Of a DNA stretch of 64,000 bases, positions 47,453 through 56,750 are shown one piece after another. Source of the DNA: Ignavibacteriota bacterium (lineage in GTDB: Bacteria; Bacteroidota; Ignavibacteria; Palsa-1295); NCBI GenBank assembly GCA_963794025.1, contig CAWCCK010000022.1:120937-184936 (forward strand), in the 5' to 3' direction. Position 1 is the first letter of the stretch. The number at the start of each line of letters is the position of its first letter. The notes below the pieces were generated by a model that worked only from the letters and a program-made list of their open reading frames with translations, was not told where the DNA came from and searched no databases. Both the position numbers and the translations under genes were made by a program.

Positions 47453-47836
47453 ATGGCAGATATTAATGCAATCGTAGATCAGATCAGCGCGCTTACGCTT
47501 GGCGAAGCCGCCGATCTCAAAAAAGCACTCGAAGATAAATTCGGCGTAACCGCTTCAGCGCCCATGATGATGGGAATGATGCCGGCAGCCGGCGGCGGCG
47601 CTCCTGCGGCAGCTGTTGAAGAGAAGACGGAATTCGATGTCATTCTCGCCGATGGCGGCGCATCGAAGATCAACGTCATCAAGGCAGTCCGCGAAGCGAC
47701 GGGTCTGGGCCTGAAAGAGGCGAAGGACTTGGTTGATGGCGCGCCGAAGCCTGTCAAAGAGGGCATTTCGAAAGCCGACGCCGAAGCTTTGAAGAAGAAG
47801 CTCGAGGATGCCGGCGCGAAAGTCGAACTGAAATAA
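47453..47836 (+). CDS. rplL: 50S ribosomal protein L7/L12.
   Basis: N-terminus [32 protein letters not shown], an Ala/Gly-rich hinge, and C-terminus [30 protein letters not shown]. Confidence 0.95.
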   Translation: MADINAIVDQISALTLGEAADLKKALEDKFGVTASAPMMMGMMPAAGGGAPAAAVEEKTEFDVILADGGASKINVIKAVREATGLGLKEAKDLVDGAPKPVKEGISKADAEALKKKLEDAGAKVELK

Positions 47837-47872
47837 GTAATTTCACTTCGAAATTAATTTCGTATTCCGTTC

Positions 47873-47905
47873 GTGGGAATCTCGGTTCTTGATCGAGGTT
47901 CCCAC
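47873..47905 (+). terminator. Putative stem-loop terminator downstream of rplL.
   Basis: GTGGGAATCTCGgttcttgatCGAGGTTCCCAC. The U-tract is weak (acatcgg...aattttt). Confidence 0.4.
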
Positions 47906-48051
47906 ACATCGGAACCAATAAAATTTTTAACGGATGAGCGATCATCCACGGAGACTCTGCGTAGGCCCTTTTTGGTAATGGCTCGGCAGACATCCTCTAA
48001 ACGTTGGCGAGCGGGAGCTCGCCACTACACAATAAAATACTGTAAGAACCA

Positions 48052-48615
48052 ATGGTAAAACTGAGATTAGCACGTCAGGGACGCAAGAAAGTTCCGATCT
48101 ATAAAATTGTAGCCACCGATAGCCGTTCGCGCCGTGATGGGCGTTATTTGGAATCGCTTGGGCAGTATCGCCCATCGAACGAGCCGGGGCAGAAAGTTCA
48201 GATCAAAGAGGATCGCGCGATGTACTGGCTTGGCGTCGGCGCCCAGCCGTCGGATACGGTTCGCTCGCTGCTTTCCGGCGAGGGAATTCTTCTAAAATGG
48301 CATTTAGAGAAGAAGAAGATCGAGCCAGCCCGCGCCTCGGAAATTTTTACGACCTGGAAAGCGAAGCGCGATGAGAAACTTGCGGCCCATGCCGATACCA
48401 AGCAAGCCGCAGCGAATGCTCGTGCAGAAGAGAAACGTAAAGCCGCGCAAAAGAAAATTGCGGACGCTATCGCAGCCGAGGCCGCACAAGCCGAAGCTAC
48501 TGCCGCAGCAGAATTAGCCGCCGCTAACGAAGCTGCACGAGCCGAAGCGCCACAAGCTGTTGAAGAGCCTGCCGCCGCAGAAGCAGTGCAACCTGCCGAG
48601 AACGTCGAGGGTTAA
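48052..48615 (+). CDS. rpsP: 30S ribosomal protein S16 with a long Ala/Glu-rich C-terminal extension.
   Basis: N-terminus MVKLRLARQGRKKVPIYKIVATDSRSRRDGRYLESLGQYRP. The C-terminal ~100 aa are an AAEAAQAEATAAAELAAANEAARAE low-complexity tail. Confidence 0.85.
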   Translation: MVKLRLARQGRKKVPIYKIVATDSRSRRDGRYLESLGQYRPSNEPGQKVQIKEDRAMYWLGVGAQPSDTVRSLLSGEGILLKWHLEKKKIEPARASEIFTTWKAKRDEKLAAHADTKQAAANARAEEKRKAAQKKIADAIAAEAAQAEATAAAELAAANEAARAEAPQAVEEPAAAEAVQPAENVEG

Positions 48616-48636
48616 CTTTTTTCCTATTGTAATGCC

Positions 48637-50019
48637 ATGGATGAAATTGTTGAGTTTCTCCAGAGCGTACCGAGCCTGAACGCGGTTCCGCGTGAGCAGT
48701 TGGAATGGCTCGTTCGTGAATCGGAAATTATCGAGCGAGAGCCGGGAACCTGGAGTCGCCCGGGAGATTCATTCGATCATTTGCTTATACCACTGGAAGG
48801 GCGCATCGAGGCGTATGTCATCCAGAACGGGCAGAAGAAAACGCAAATGTCGAACACGCCGGGCATGATGTCGGGCCTGATTCCCTATTCCAGGATGAAG
48901 ACCTCGCCGGTCTTCACCGAAGTGTTCGGGAATTTTAGATGTCTCGCGCTGCATCGGTCGAAATTTCACGAGTTGATCGCACATTATTATGAATTGACCG
49001 AAGTGATGGTTCACGCGCTGGTCGATCGTGCCCGGCTGTTCACAACGAATCATTTTCAGAATGAGAAGTTGATGGCGCTTGGGAAGCTTTCTGCCGGACT
49101 TGCACACGAATTGAATAACCCTGCGGCGGCCGTATTGCGTAGCGCAGAAGACCTGAAACAGATCGTGGGAACGCTCGGGTCGAGCGTACGTGCTGTTACA
49201 TCGCTTCATTTTACTTCGCAGGAGATTGAAAGCCTGGGGATCATCATTGAGAAAGCTTCCCATAACGGGTCGGTACGGCTTCCACTGCTGGAACGAAAAC
49301 GTCGAGAAGGTGAAATTGCAGATTGGTTTGCCGATCACGGTATGGCGAACGATTGTGAGGTAACATTCACCGACGCCGGTATTACAGCCGATGATCTCGA
49401 TCATTTAAAACAGCATGTTTCAGAACAGGCATTTATTCCGTTCATCAATTGGTTCGGAGCACGGCTTCAGACCGAGAAAACGGTCGATGAGATCGCCGTT
49501 TCTGCGCGAAGAATTTCGGAACTTGTACAATCCGTCAAAAGCTACACGCGCATGGATCAGGCGCAGGCAATGGATTCGGTGTGTATTAACGATGGTATCG
49601 GCAACACGATCACGATGCTCGAATATAAGGCCCGCCGACAGGGCATCGTGATACATTCCGAACTCGAAAACGACCTGCCGCACATCATTGGGTTCCCAGG
49701 CGAGTTAAACCAAGTCTGGACGAATATCATTGACAATGCGATCGACGCGATGAAAGATGGCGGGGAACTGACCGTGAAAACGCACTCGTCGTCAGAGCAA
49801 GTTATTTTTGATGTCATAGATAACGGTCCCGGAATACCTCCCGAAAATCTCGAACGCATTTTCGATCCGTTCTTTACGACGAAAGATGTTGGCGAAGGAA
49901 CCGGCGTTGGTCTTGATCTTGTGCAAAAAGTGGTGCAACAGCATCATGGAAAGATCGAAGTAAATTCCCATCCGGGAAGGACGGAGTTCAGAATTGCTTT
50001 TCCAAAAGCTGCAGTATGA
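48637..50019 (+). CDS. Sensor histidine kinase with an N-terminal cNMP-binding-like domain.
   Basis: H-box [16 protein letters not shown], and HATPase N/G boxes ([28 protein letters not shown]). The N-terminal ~130 aa look like a cyclic-nucleotide-binding beta-barrel. Confidence 0.75.
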   Translation: MDEIVEFLQSVPSLNAVPREQLEWLVRESEIIEREPGTWSRPGDSFDHLLIPLEGRIEAYVIQNGQKKTQMSNTPGMMSGLIPYSRMKTSPVFTEVFGNFRCLALHRSKFHELIAHYYELTEVMVHALVDRARLFTTNHFQNEKLMALGKLSAGLAHELNNPAAAVLRSAEDLKQIVGTLGSSVRAVTSLHFTSQEIESLGIIIEKASHNGSVRLPLLERKRREGEIADWFADHGMANDCEVTFTDAGITADDLDHLKQHVSEQAFIPFINWFGARLQTEKTVDEIAVSARRISELVQSVKSYTRMDQAQAMDSVCINDGIGNTITMLEYKARRQGIVIHSELENDLPHIIGFPGELNQVWTNIIDNAIDAMKDGGELTVKTHSSSEQVIFDVIDNGPGIPPENLERIFDPFFTTKDVGEGTGVGLDLVQKVVQQHHGKIEVNSHPGRTEFRIAFPKAAV

Positions 50020-51675
50020 AACTTCCCATTATCTTCCTCATTGATGATGACCCGCAAGTGCTCCGGGCGCTTGCGAGGGATGTTCGGCAAAAATTTAAAA
50101 AGGAATATCAAATTCTGAGCACCGAAGATCCGCAGGAAGCGCTCGAAAGTTTGAAGGAACTAAAACGGACTGGTGAAGAAGTTGCGCTTTTTATTTCCGA
50201 TCAACGTATGCCGCGCATCACGGGCGTTGAACTGCTCGAACAATCGAAAACATTCTATCCCGAAGCGAAGCGGATGCTGCTCACGGCGTATTCCGATATG
50301 GATACCGCCATCCGCGCGATCAACGAAACCGATCTCGATTACTATCTGCTCAAGCCGTGGGATCCGCCGGAAGAAAAACTGTTCCCGATCATTGACGATA
50401 TGATCGATGAATGGTCGTCGAGCTATAAACCGGAACTTGCTGGGATTCGACTTCTCGGATATCAATTTTCTCCGAAGTCTCACGCGATCAAGGAATTTTT
50501 AGCGGGACATCAAATTCCCTACCAATGGATCGATGTCGAAAGCAATCCGAAAGCTGCTGAGATCATGGCGCTCCATGCGATCGCACTTGTCTCGCTTCCG
50601 GCGCTCATCTTCGAAGACGGCACGCTTAGTATCGATATCGAGATCCACGCTGTTGCAGAAAAACTTGGACTTCGGCCCACCGCAAGTTCCAACATGTACG
50701 ATGTCATCATTATCGGCGCTGGCCCGGCGGGGCTTGCGGCGGCTGTGTATGCAGGCTCGGAGGGACTAAAGACCCTCCTCGTTGAAAAACATTCCCCAGG
50801 CGGTCAGGCCGGTACGAGTTCCCGCATCGAAAACTACCTCGGGTTCCCGAAAGGTGTGAGCGGTTCCGAGCTTACGCGGCGGGCCATCACACAGGCTACT
50901 CGGTTCGGGATCGAATTCCTTACGCCGCAAGAAGTGCTGGCGATCACTTCTGCCGATTCCTACAAGACCGTTCAGCTTGCCGATGGCACCGCGATCCATT
51001 CGCGCAGCATCATCATTACGACGGGCGTAGCCTACCGTCAGTTGGAAACAAAAGGTATTGTGGAACTCACCGGAGCTGGCGTCTATTATGGCGCGGCAAC
51101 CATCGAGGCATTGCAAACGCGCGGTAAGCAAGTATATGTTATCGGCGGTGGGAACTCGGCAGGGCAGGCTGCGCTGCATCTTGCAACGTTCGCTGAACGA
51201 GTACATATCGTAATTCGTAAAGAAAGATCTGTCGGCAACGATGTCCTCCTACCTTATCGATCAGATCGGAAAAACACCGAACGTGACCGTGCTGCCGGAG
51301 ACCGAAGTCATCGAAGCGATCGGCCAGGAGCATCTCGAACAATTAGTGCTGCGAATGTCATCTGGGAAGGAATGCACAGTTGCGGCGGATGGCCTATTTA
51401 TTTTGATCGGTGCGCGGCCTTATACCGATTGGGTCAAATCCGATATTTTGAAGGACGACCGTGGATTTATCATTACCGGTCGTGACCTTCTTGCTCGCGA
51501 TTCGTTCAAAGCCGCATGGCCGCTCAAGCGCGATCCCTATTTGCTCGAAACGTGCAGCCCGGGAATTTTTGCTGCGGGCGATGTTCGTTCCGGAGCGATG
51601 AATCGCGTAGCCAGCGCCGTCGGCGAAGGCGCGATGGCCGTTAGTTTCGTTCACCAATATCTGGCCGAAGTTTGA
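50016..51675 (+). CDS. Response-regulator receiver - Cys-less glutaredoxin-like domain - thioredoxin-reductase-like flavoprotein fusion, with an apparent frameshift at about 51225-51240.
   Basis: REC domain with phospho-accepting D in FISDQRMP. Middle domain SPKSHAIKEFLAGHQIPYQWIDV...LPALIFEDG has a Grx fold but no CxxC. TrxR motifs are YDVIIIGAGPAGLAAAVYA and VIGGGNSAGQAALHL. The C-terminal TrxR part (GDVRSGAMNRVASAVGEGAMAV) continues in ORF 51241-51675 after a frame break inside gtaattcgtaaagaaag. Confidence 0.65.
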
Positions 51676-52193
51676 ATAACGATCTCGTCCTCATCGCTCG
51701 CATCGGAAAGCCGCATGGCATTCGTGGTGAAGTTTCCATCCAAAGTTTCTCCCATGACGACCGGCGCTTCAAAAAGCTGGGTCAGGTCATGCTCCGTCTG
51801 CCTTCCGGCGAGACCCTCGAGCGAACGGTTAGCTCCGTTCGCCTGCTTCCAACGGGAATTCTTCTGACGTTCGTTGGCGTCGATGATCGCGATGCGGCAG
51901 AAACCCTCCGCAATGCCGAGATATTAATTCCCGAACGCGAGCGGCCTAAACTTCCCAAAGGCCGCGCCTATTACGATGAAATTATCGGCATGACCGTCCT
52001 CGATGACGAGACGAATGCTGTGATCGGTAAAGTTATCAATGTGCTCGATATGCCTGCGGGCGATGTCTTCGTGCTCGATCTGAATGGAACCGAGCATCTC
52101 GTCACCAACGCCGGTGAAGAAGTCCGCAAGCTCGATGTTGCGAAGAAAGAGCTTCGCGTTAAGCTACTCGAAACGTATGGCGTTTCTTCTTAA
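51672..52193 (+). CDS. rimM: 16S rRNA processing protein RimM.
   Basis: N-terminus LVLIARIGKPHGIRGEV with a PRC-barrel-like C-terminus; 173 aa. It lies downstream of rpsP as in the conserved rpsP-rimM-trmD-rplS context. Confidence 0.75.
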   Translation: MNNDLVLIARIGKPHGIRGEVSIQSFSHDDRRFKKLGQVMLRLPSGETLERTVSSVRLLPTGILLTFVGVDDRDAAETLRNAEILIPERERPKLPKGRAYYDEIIGMTVLDDETNAVIGKVINVLDMPAGDVFVLDLNGTEHLVTNAGEEVRKLDVAKKELRVKLLETYGVSS

Positions 52194-52570
52194 GCTACCC
52201 CGTTCGTTGTTGGCTCTGCAATTTCGGTTCCCGCAGCGCGTTTCTTTCTCGCACCGGCCATAATGCCCATTGGCACGATCACGCAATAACCGAGCAGCAG
52301 CAAAATTGGACTGACGGTCAGCGCCATATCGCTCATCGTCGGGCTGACATACATTACCACGTAACCCAGCACGATCATGGCAATACCAAGCGCGATAATG
52401 CGCATGTTTTTCGCATCGAACGGCATTTGAAATGCGCGTACCGGCTTGTTATCGCTTTGTTTGGCGCGGGCGCGGCCTGGTACTGGGCGCGTAGGCGTCT
52501 GGCGCGGCGTTGGACGTGCCGCGGATGAGCGATCATTCGGGCGAACGGGAGTTGCAGTCTGTTGAGCCAT
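52190..52570 (-). CDS. Small membrane protein (DUF3098-like) with a Pro/Arg/Thr-rich N-terminus.
   Basis: Two hydrophobic helices (IIALGIAMIVLGYVVMYV and ILLLLGYCVIVPMGIMAG). Confidence 0.4.
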   Translation of the reverse strand: MAQQTATPVRPNDRSSAARPTPRQTPTRPVPGRARAKQSDNKPVRAFQMPFDAKNMRIIALGIAMIVLGYVVMYVSPTMSDMALTVSPILLLLGYCVIVPMGIMAGARKKRAAGTEIAEPTTNGVA

Positions 52571-52638
52571 AATTATATCCTCGAAAGAGTGAGGTTTTCT
52601 TTAACTTTGCGAGGATTCATCTCGTTCCATACTATCGC

Positions 52639-53193
52639 TTATTCGATCGTCGCATTTACGCCGCCGTTTGTGATCGTCATCGTCGAGGGGCCATTTCCTT
52701 TCAGCAATGTGAGCGTACCGTTAAACGTGGCTTGAAGGTTCGTCGCAGAAAGTGAGGTTATGGTAATGTTACCAACGCTAGTGGTTCCGGCAATCGGGGA
52801 TGAATAAGTCCCTGTATCTCCGGAGTTGTTGTTGAAGCCATAGTCCATGGTGGCATAGGTTTCAGCGGTGCCACTAAAAGTGACAGGTCCTACCGCGTAA
52901 GATGTACCCACTGTTGATTCATTTATCAGAGCGAAACCAAGACCTCCTGCCGTTGTTCCATCATTGCCTCCCGCAACTGTAATAGACATTATGCCGGGTA
53001 CAGATGTTTGAACCGCGTAAGCATTGGTATCGGTGTACGTGGTTCCGTTGACTGTGAAGACGATCGTATGGGGTGTGGATGGTACGTTGCCTCCTCCACC
53101 ATTATTATTGCCCGACGTAGTCGAAGTGCTGTTCGATTTACACGAGCCAAAAGCAAACGCTGCTACAAAGAGAATCGCTATATGTAATTTCAT
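52639..53193 (-). CDS. Lipoprotein (lipobox FGSCK), the downstream member of a tandem paralogue pair.
   Basis: Signal peptide plus Cys. The C-terminus ATFNGTLTLLKGNGPSTMTITNGGVNATIE is paralogous to that of the 53321-53842 protein. Confidence 0.6.
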   Translation of the reverse strand: MKLHIAILFVAAFAFGSCKSNSTSTTSGNNNGGGGNVPSTPHTIVFTVNGTTYTDTNAYAVQTSVPGIMSITVAGGNDGTTAGGLGFALINESTVGTSYAVGPVTFSGTAETYATMDYGFNNNSGDTGTYSSPIAGTTSVGNITITSLSATNLQATFNGTLTLLKGNGPSTMTITNGGVNATIE

Positions 53194-53320
53194 GATCGTG
53201 ATAGATTAAATGAATGAAAAAAAATTGAAATCCAATTTCTTCAACAAAGTTACGAAATTATTATGCCCGGTGTGTAAAAAGCAAAGAGCTGTCTTTCTTA
53301 TAGAATGGTCAATGCCAACG

Positions 53321-53842
53321 TTAATCAACAAAATTCGCGTTCACGCCGCCGTTTGCGATGGAGATCGTCGCGGCACCATTCTGTAGCGTCAGTGTCCCGT
53401 TGAACGTAGCCTGAACGGATGTTTTAGAAATCGCAGTTACCGTCAACGTGCCAACAGATTTTGTAGTAAGCGATGGCTGCGTTGGGGAAGTGTACGTTAT
53501 CGCAGTTCCGGATGAATCCCGCGTGCAGCTCATGATGACATAGCCCGGAGGAATCACGCTCACGGAGCCGACCGCGTAGTTCCCGGTACTCGCGAACGTG
53601 GCTATCGCAATGTCGTAATTGATACCGGTGGTTGCATTTGCTCCTACGATAGCAATGCCACTTGCACCGTCATACGTGGTATCCGTTGCGTACGCGGTTA
53701 GCGTATCCGTGACGCCATTAATACTAAGGTACATCGTATTTGCCGCCGTTGGCACATCGCTCGCGGGAGTCGGGCTGGTGCTCATTTTGCACGAAGCAAA
53801 AACAAGCGTCATTAAAAAGAGTATTGCGATTCTAATGTTCAT
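53321..53842 (-). CDS. Lipoprotein (lipobox FASCK), the upstream member of a tandem paralogue pair.
   Basis: C-terminus ATFNGTLTLQNGAATISIANGGVNANFVD. The upstream regions aaagttacgaaatcattatgc and aaagttacgaaattattatgc are duplicated too. Confidence 0.6.
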   Translation of the reverse strand: MNIRIAILFLMTLVFASCKMSTSPTPASDVPTAANTMYLSINGVTDTLTAYATDTTYDGASGIAIVGANATTGINYDIAIATFASTGNYAVGSVSVIPPGYVIMSCTRDSSGTAITYTSPTQPSLTTKSVGTLTVTAISKTSVQATFNGTLTLQNGAATISIANGGVNANFVD

Positions 53843-53928
53843 GTCAGTTTGTAAGCTAAGAAAAAGACTAAATTTTAATTGTTCCGAAAAGTTACGAAAT
53901 CATTATGCTCATGCAAATCCAAATGTGC

Positions 53929-54600
53929 TCACTTTAATTCTCCGTTTTCCATGTGCATCGTCCGGTCCGCTTGAGCGGCTAAGTCGAGATTATGCGTGGC
54001 GATCAGGAATGTCTGCCGATGTTCCCGCGATAGATCCATAATAAGATTGAATAGAATATCGCTGTTGCGCGCATCGAGGTTCCCAGTCGGCTCATCCGCA
54101 AGGATGATCGCCGGTTTCATCATGAACGCTCTGGCAACGGCAACCCGCTGCGATTCCCCGCCTGAAAGCATCGATGGCCGGTGATCTAATCGCTCTTTCA
54201 AACCGGCATTGCCGAGCAACTCCGCCGCCCGGTCACGCGATTCCTCGAATGTTTTCCCCGCGATCATCGCCGGCATCGCTACATTTTCCAGCGCAGTGAA
54301 TTCGGGCAGCAAATGATGAAATTGAAAGATAAAACCGATGCGCTCGTTCCGAAACGCGCTCAGAGCTTTATCTTCCATCTTGGCAACGTTCTGCCCTTCG
54401 ATCGTTACCTCGCCGCCGCTCGGTTTATCTAAAGTGCCGAGCAAATGCAACAGTGTGCTCTTACCCGCTCCCGATGGCCCGATCAGCGCCACGATCTCCC
54501 CCGCGTTCAGCGTAAACGTCAGATCCCGAAATACTTCGACATCCACCCTGCCCCGTACCGCAAACCGCTTCGATAATTTATTCGCTTCTAAGACTGCCAT
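53929..54600 (-). CDS. ABC transporter ATP-binding protein (LolD/MacB/FtsE-like).
   Basis: Walker A GPSGAGKST, signature LSGGESQRVAVARA, Walker B ILADEPTGNLD. Confidence 0.85.
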   Translation of the reverse strand: MAVLEANKLSKRFAVRGRVDVEVFRDLTFTLNAGEIVALIGPSGAGKSTLLHLLGTLDKPSGGEVTIEGQNVAKMEDKALSAFRNERIGFIFQFHHLLPEFTALENVAMPAMIAGKTFEESRDRAAELLGNAGLKERLDHRPSMLSGGESQRVAVARAFMMKPAIILADEPTGNLDARNSDILFNLIMDLSREHRQTFLIATHNLDLAAQADRTMHMENGELK

Positions 54601-54793
54601 GCTGTCACCTTTATTGTTCTATAAGAAATAGGTGCTTTTTTTCTTTCTTGTGAGTTCCCGATTTCCAATCGTAACCCTTCGATTCCGAACCAATTTCCAC
54701 ATTCGTTGCAACAAGTATTCATAATTTCCTTTCATAAAGAACTCGTTCCTAAAGAAACCTAATGCCGAATTGTCAATAGATTCATAAAATCCC

Positions 54794-54824
54794 ATTCTTA
54801 ATTCTTACTTTTTAATTCTTAATT
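54794..54824. repeat. TTCTTAATTCTTA tandem array.
   Basis: attcttaattcttactttttaattcttaatt, similar to 47-80. Confidence 0.5.
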
Positions 54825-54877
54825 GATATAGGTGCCCATCATTGCACTACTAATATAATACATTCCAAACCCGAATG

Positions 54878-54908
54878 CAAGGAAATCCCAAATTATTTTA
54901 AATATCGA
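54878..54908 (+). repeat. Left copy of a ~31-bp direct repeat, GCAAGGAAATCC(C/G)AAATTATTTT(A/G)AATAT.
   Basis: A right copy lies at 55889-55919. Together they flank the palindromes and the mazEF module. Confidence 0.6.
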
Positions 54909-54912
54909 GTGC

Positions 54913-55016
54913 GTGTAGAACAGGCTTTCCAGCCTGTTGGCGGACTTCCAAGTCCGTCCATGTTGTATCCCACACGAGCTAAAAGCTCGCCGACAGGCTG
55001 AAAGCCTGTTCTACAC
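54913..55016. repeat. Approximately 104-nt complex palindrome or structured element: four consecutive hairpins closed by GTGTAG/CTACAC.
   Basis: Hairpins are aacaggctTTCCagcctgtt, ggacttCCaagtcc, cgagctAAAagctcg and acaggctGAAagcctgt. The first and last are mutually complementary. Confidence 0.55.
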
Positions 55017-55060
55017 GGGCGCATCTATATCCCAAAGGAAGCGTTGCGAAAACCTGTGTT

Positions 55061-55085
55061 CGTAGGGACGTGCTGTGCACGTCCG
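55061..55085 (-). repeat. REP-like hairpin (cgtagggacgtgctgtgcacgtcc), the reverse-complement copy of 12456-12480.
   Basis: Near-identical 8-bp stem hairpin with the flanking CGTAGG. Confidence 0.55.
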
Positions 55086-55225
55086 TTTTTCACGACCCCA
55101 CATTCCAGATTACGTATAACTCTTAAATTCGTTGATAATTACCGGCACTGTTTAGAAATCGAAAATTTTAATGATGTAAGCAAACACCGAAGCGTGTATT
55201 TTCAAGCGAACCACCACGCAAAAAA

Positions 55226-55471
55226 ATGGGTTACAAAAACATGATAGAAATGAGGCAAAGTATGAGGATTCCACAAGACCATATTCTACACCTGAACGTT
55301 CCAAACGTCCCGAAAGGCGAAGAGGTGGAAGTGCTCGTCCTTTCGAAAAATGGTAGCGCTCATCCTGAAAAGATAGCGAGAATGGCCGAGGCCGCCAGAG
55401 ACCCACTCTACCGGCAAGACATGAACGACATTGCGAGTGATTTTGCGTTTGTCGATTCGGAACACATTTAA
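55226..55471 (+). CDS. Putative MazE-like antitoxin. The start is uncertain.
   Basis: Small ORF ending 3 nt before the MazF toxin gene. Confidence 0.45.
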   Translation: MGYKNMIEMRQSMRIPQDHILHLNVPNVPKGEEVEVLVLSKNGSAHPEKIARMAEAARDPLYRQDMNDIASDFAFVDSEHI

Positions 55472-55474
55472 GCC

Positions 55475-55822
55475 GTGGAATTCCGGTGGAATGTATTCCT
55501 CGCTAACCTCGATCCCGTCATTGGTTCTGAGCAGGGAAAGACGCGGCCTGTTCTTGTTGTGAGTGATGAGGATGTGAATCAGCTTCTTTCGATCGTGAAT
55601 GTACTGCCGATCACATCCAGAAAAGAGAATCGCAAGATTTATCCGAACGAAGTGCTCCTGAAAGTGGGCGACACAGGTCTTCCACTCGAATCAATTATCT
55701 TATGCCAGCAAATCCGAACGCTCGACAAAAAACGGCTGATAAAACATCTCGGAACGATTGAAGACGAAATGCTCCATGAAGAAATTCTCGAAGCTCTGAG
55801 TTTTCAGTTAGGTATGCAATAA
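55475..55822 (+). CDS. mazF: MazF/PemK-family endoribonuclease toxin.
   Basis: The segment FLANLDPVIGSEQGKTRPVLVVSDEDVN...VNVLPITS is the typical MazF/PemK core. Confidence 0.75.
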   Translation: MEFRWNVFLANLDPVIGSEQGKTRPVLVVSDEDVNQLLSIVNVLPITSRKENRKIYPNEVLLKVGDTGLPLESIILCQQIRTLDKKRLIKHLGTIEDEMLHEEILEALSFQLGMQ

Positions 55823-55888
55823 GTTTTCCCGAAAATAACGCGAATCTTACTGGCTACGTTAAAGTATGAACTTACATCCCAAGCTTAT

Positions 55889-55919
55889 AAGCAAGGAAAT
55901 CCGAAATTATTTTGAATAT
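55889..55919 (+). repeat. Right copy of the ~31-bp direct repeat.
   Basis: agcaaggaaatccgaaattattttgaatat versus 54878-54908. Confidence 0.6.
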
Positions 55920-55941
55920 TTCCGGCTTTTAGCGAAAACCC

Positions 55942-56691
55942 ATGCTAACCACACCAGTTGCCGATCGAATCATCCGCTTCCTCAATAAGCTCCCGATCAC
56001 GGGCGATCGTGAACAGTGGATGAAAGCTATGTTCGAGGCGCTGCATGAATTGTGTCCTGATGCCGATCGCGTCAGTGTCAACATCGAACTTTTTTGTGAT
56101 CCGCTGGGCCGTGGAAAACCCGATGAAGGGTTACCATCAACGGTACAATTTACAAAGGAAGGAGAGAATAAAACGCTTACAATAACGCCCGTTGCATCCG
56201 GCGAACGTACAGCGGAGTTCGAACGCGAATTCTCAAACCTCATCAATCCTTCCAACTATCACCCTCCCAAGTTTTTCCACTATTTTCTCGACAATGGAGA
56301 TTTCATTGCTACTATCACATTGCTCCGCGAGAAACAGAAACCGCCCTTCTCTGAGGAATCGCTTAGGCTTGTAAGTGATCTCGAACCCTTTATGAAATTC
56401 GCCTTTGCCTCGTTTCTTTCCATGCAGAAGGTCGAGGAACCATTCACTGCTGTGTTTCGGGATGCTGTCTATCGAATGCAGAAAGAAGCAAAATTCTCCG
56501 ATCAGGAGCTTAATGTTTTGATACTCAGGCTTACAGGCTACTCCTACAAAATGATCGCAGCCAAGATGAACATCTCGCTCAATACGGCTCGCACACATAT
56601 CAAAGCGATTCACCGAAAGACAGGCACGCGGAGCCACACCGAACTCTTTGCCAAATATTTTACTCCCGTGGCGCGCGAGTTTCTCCCGTAG
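55942..56691 (+). CDS. LuxR-family transcriptional regulator (C-terminal HTH) with an uncharacterised N-terminal domain.
   Basis: The C-terminus ELNVLILRLTGYSYKMIAAKMNISLNTARTHIKAIHRKTG is a LuxR-type HTH. Confidence 0.7.
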   Translation: MLTTPVADRIIRFLNKLPITGDREQWMKAMFEALHELCPDADRVSVNIELFCDPLGRGKPDEGLPSTVQFTKEGENKTLTITPVASGERTAEFEREFSNLINPSNYHPPKFFHYFLDNGDFIATITLLREKQKPPFSEESLRLVSDLEPFMKFAFASFLSMQKVEEPFTAVFRDAVYRMQKEAKFSDQELNVLILRLTGYSYKMIAAKMNISLNTARTHIKAIHRKTGTRSHTELFAKYFTPVAREFLP

Positions 56692-56750
56692 CACAAAGAT
56701 GTGATACCCGCACTTGTAACCTTTGTGTGCTTTGGTGGTCTTATACTTAG

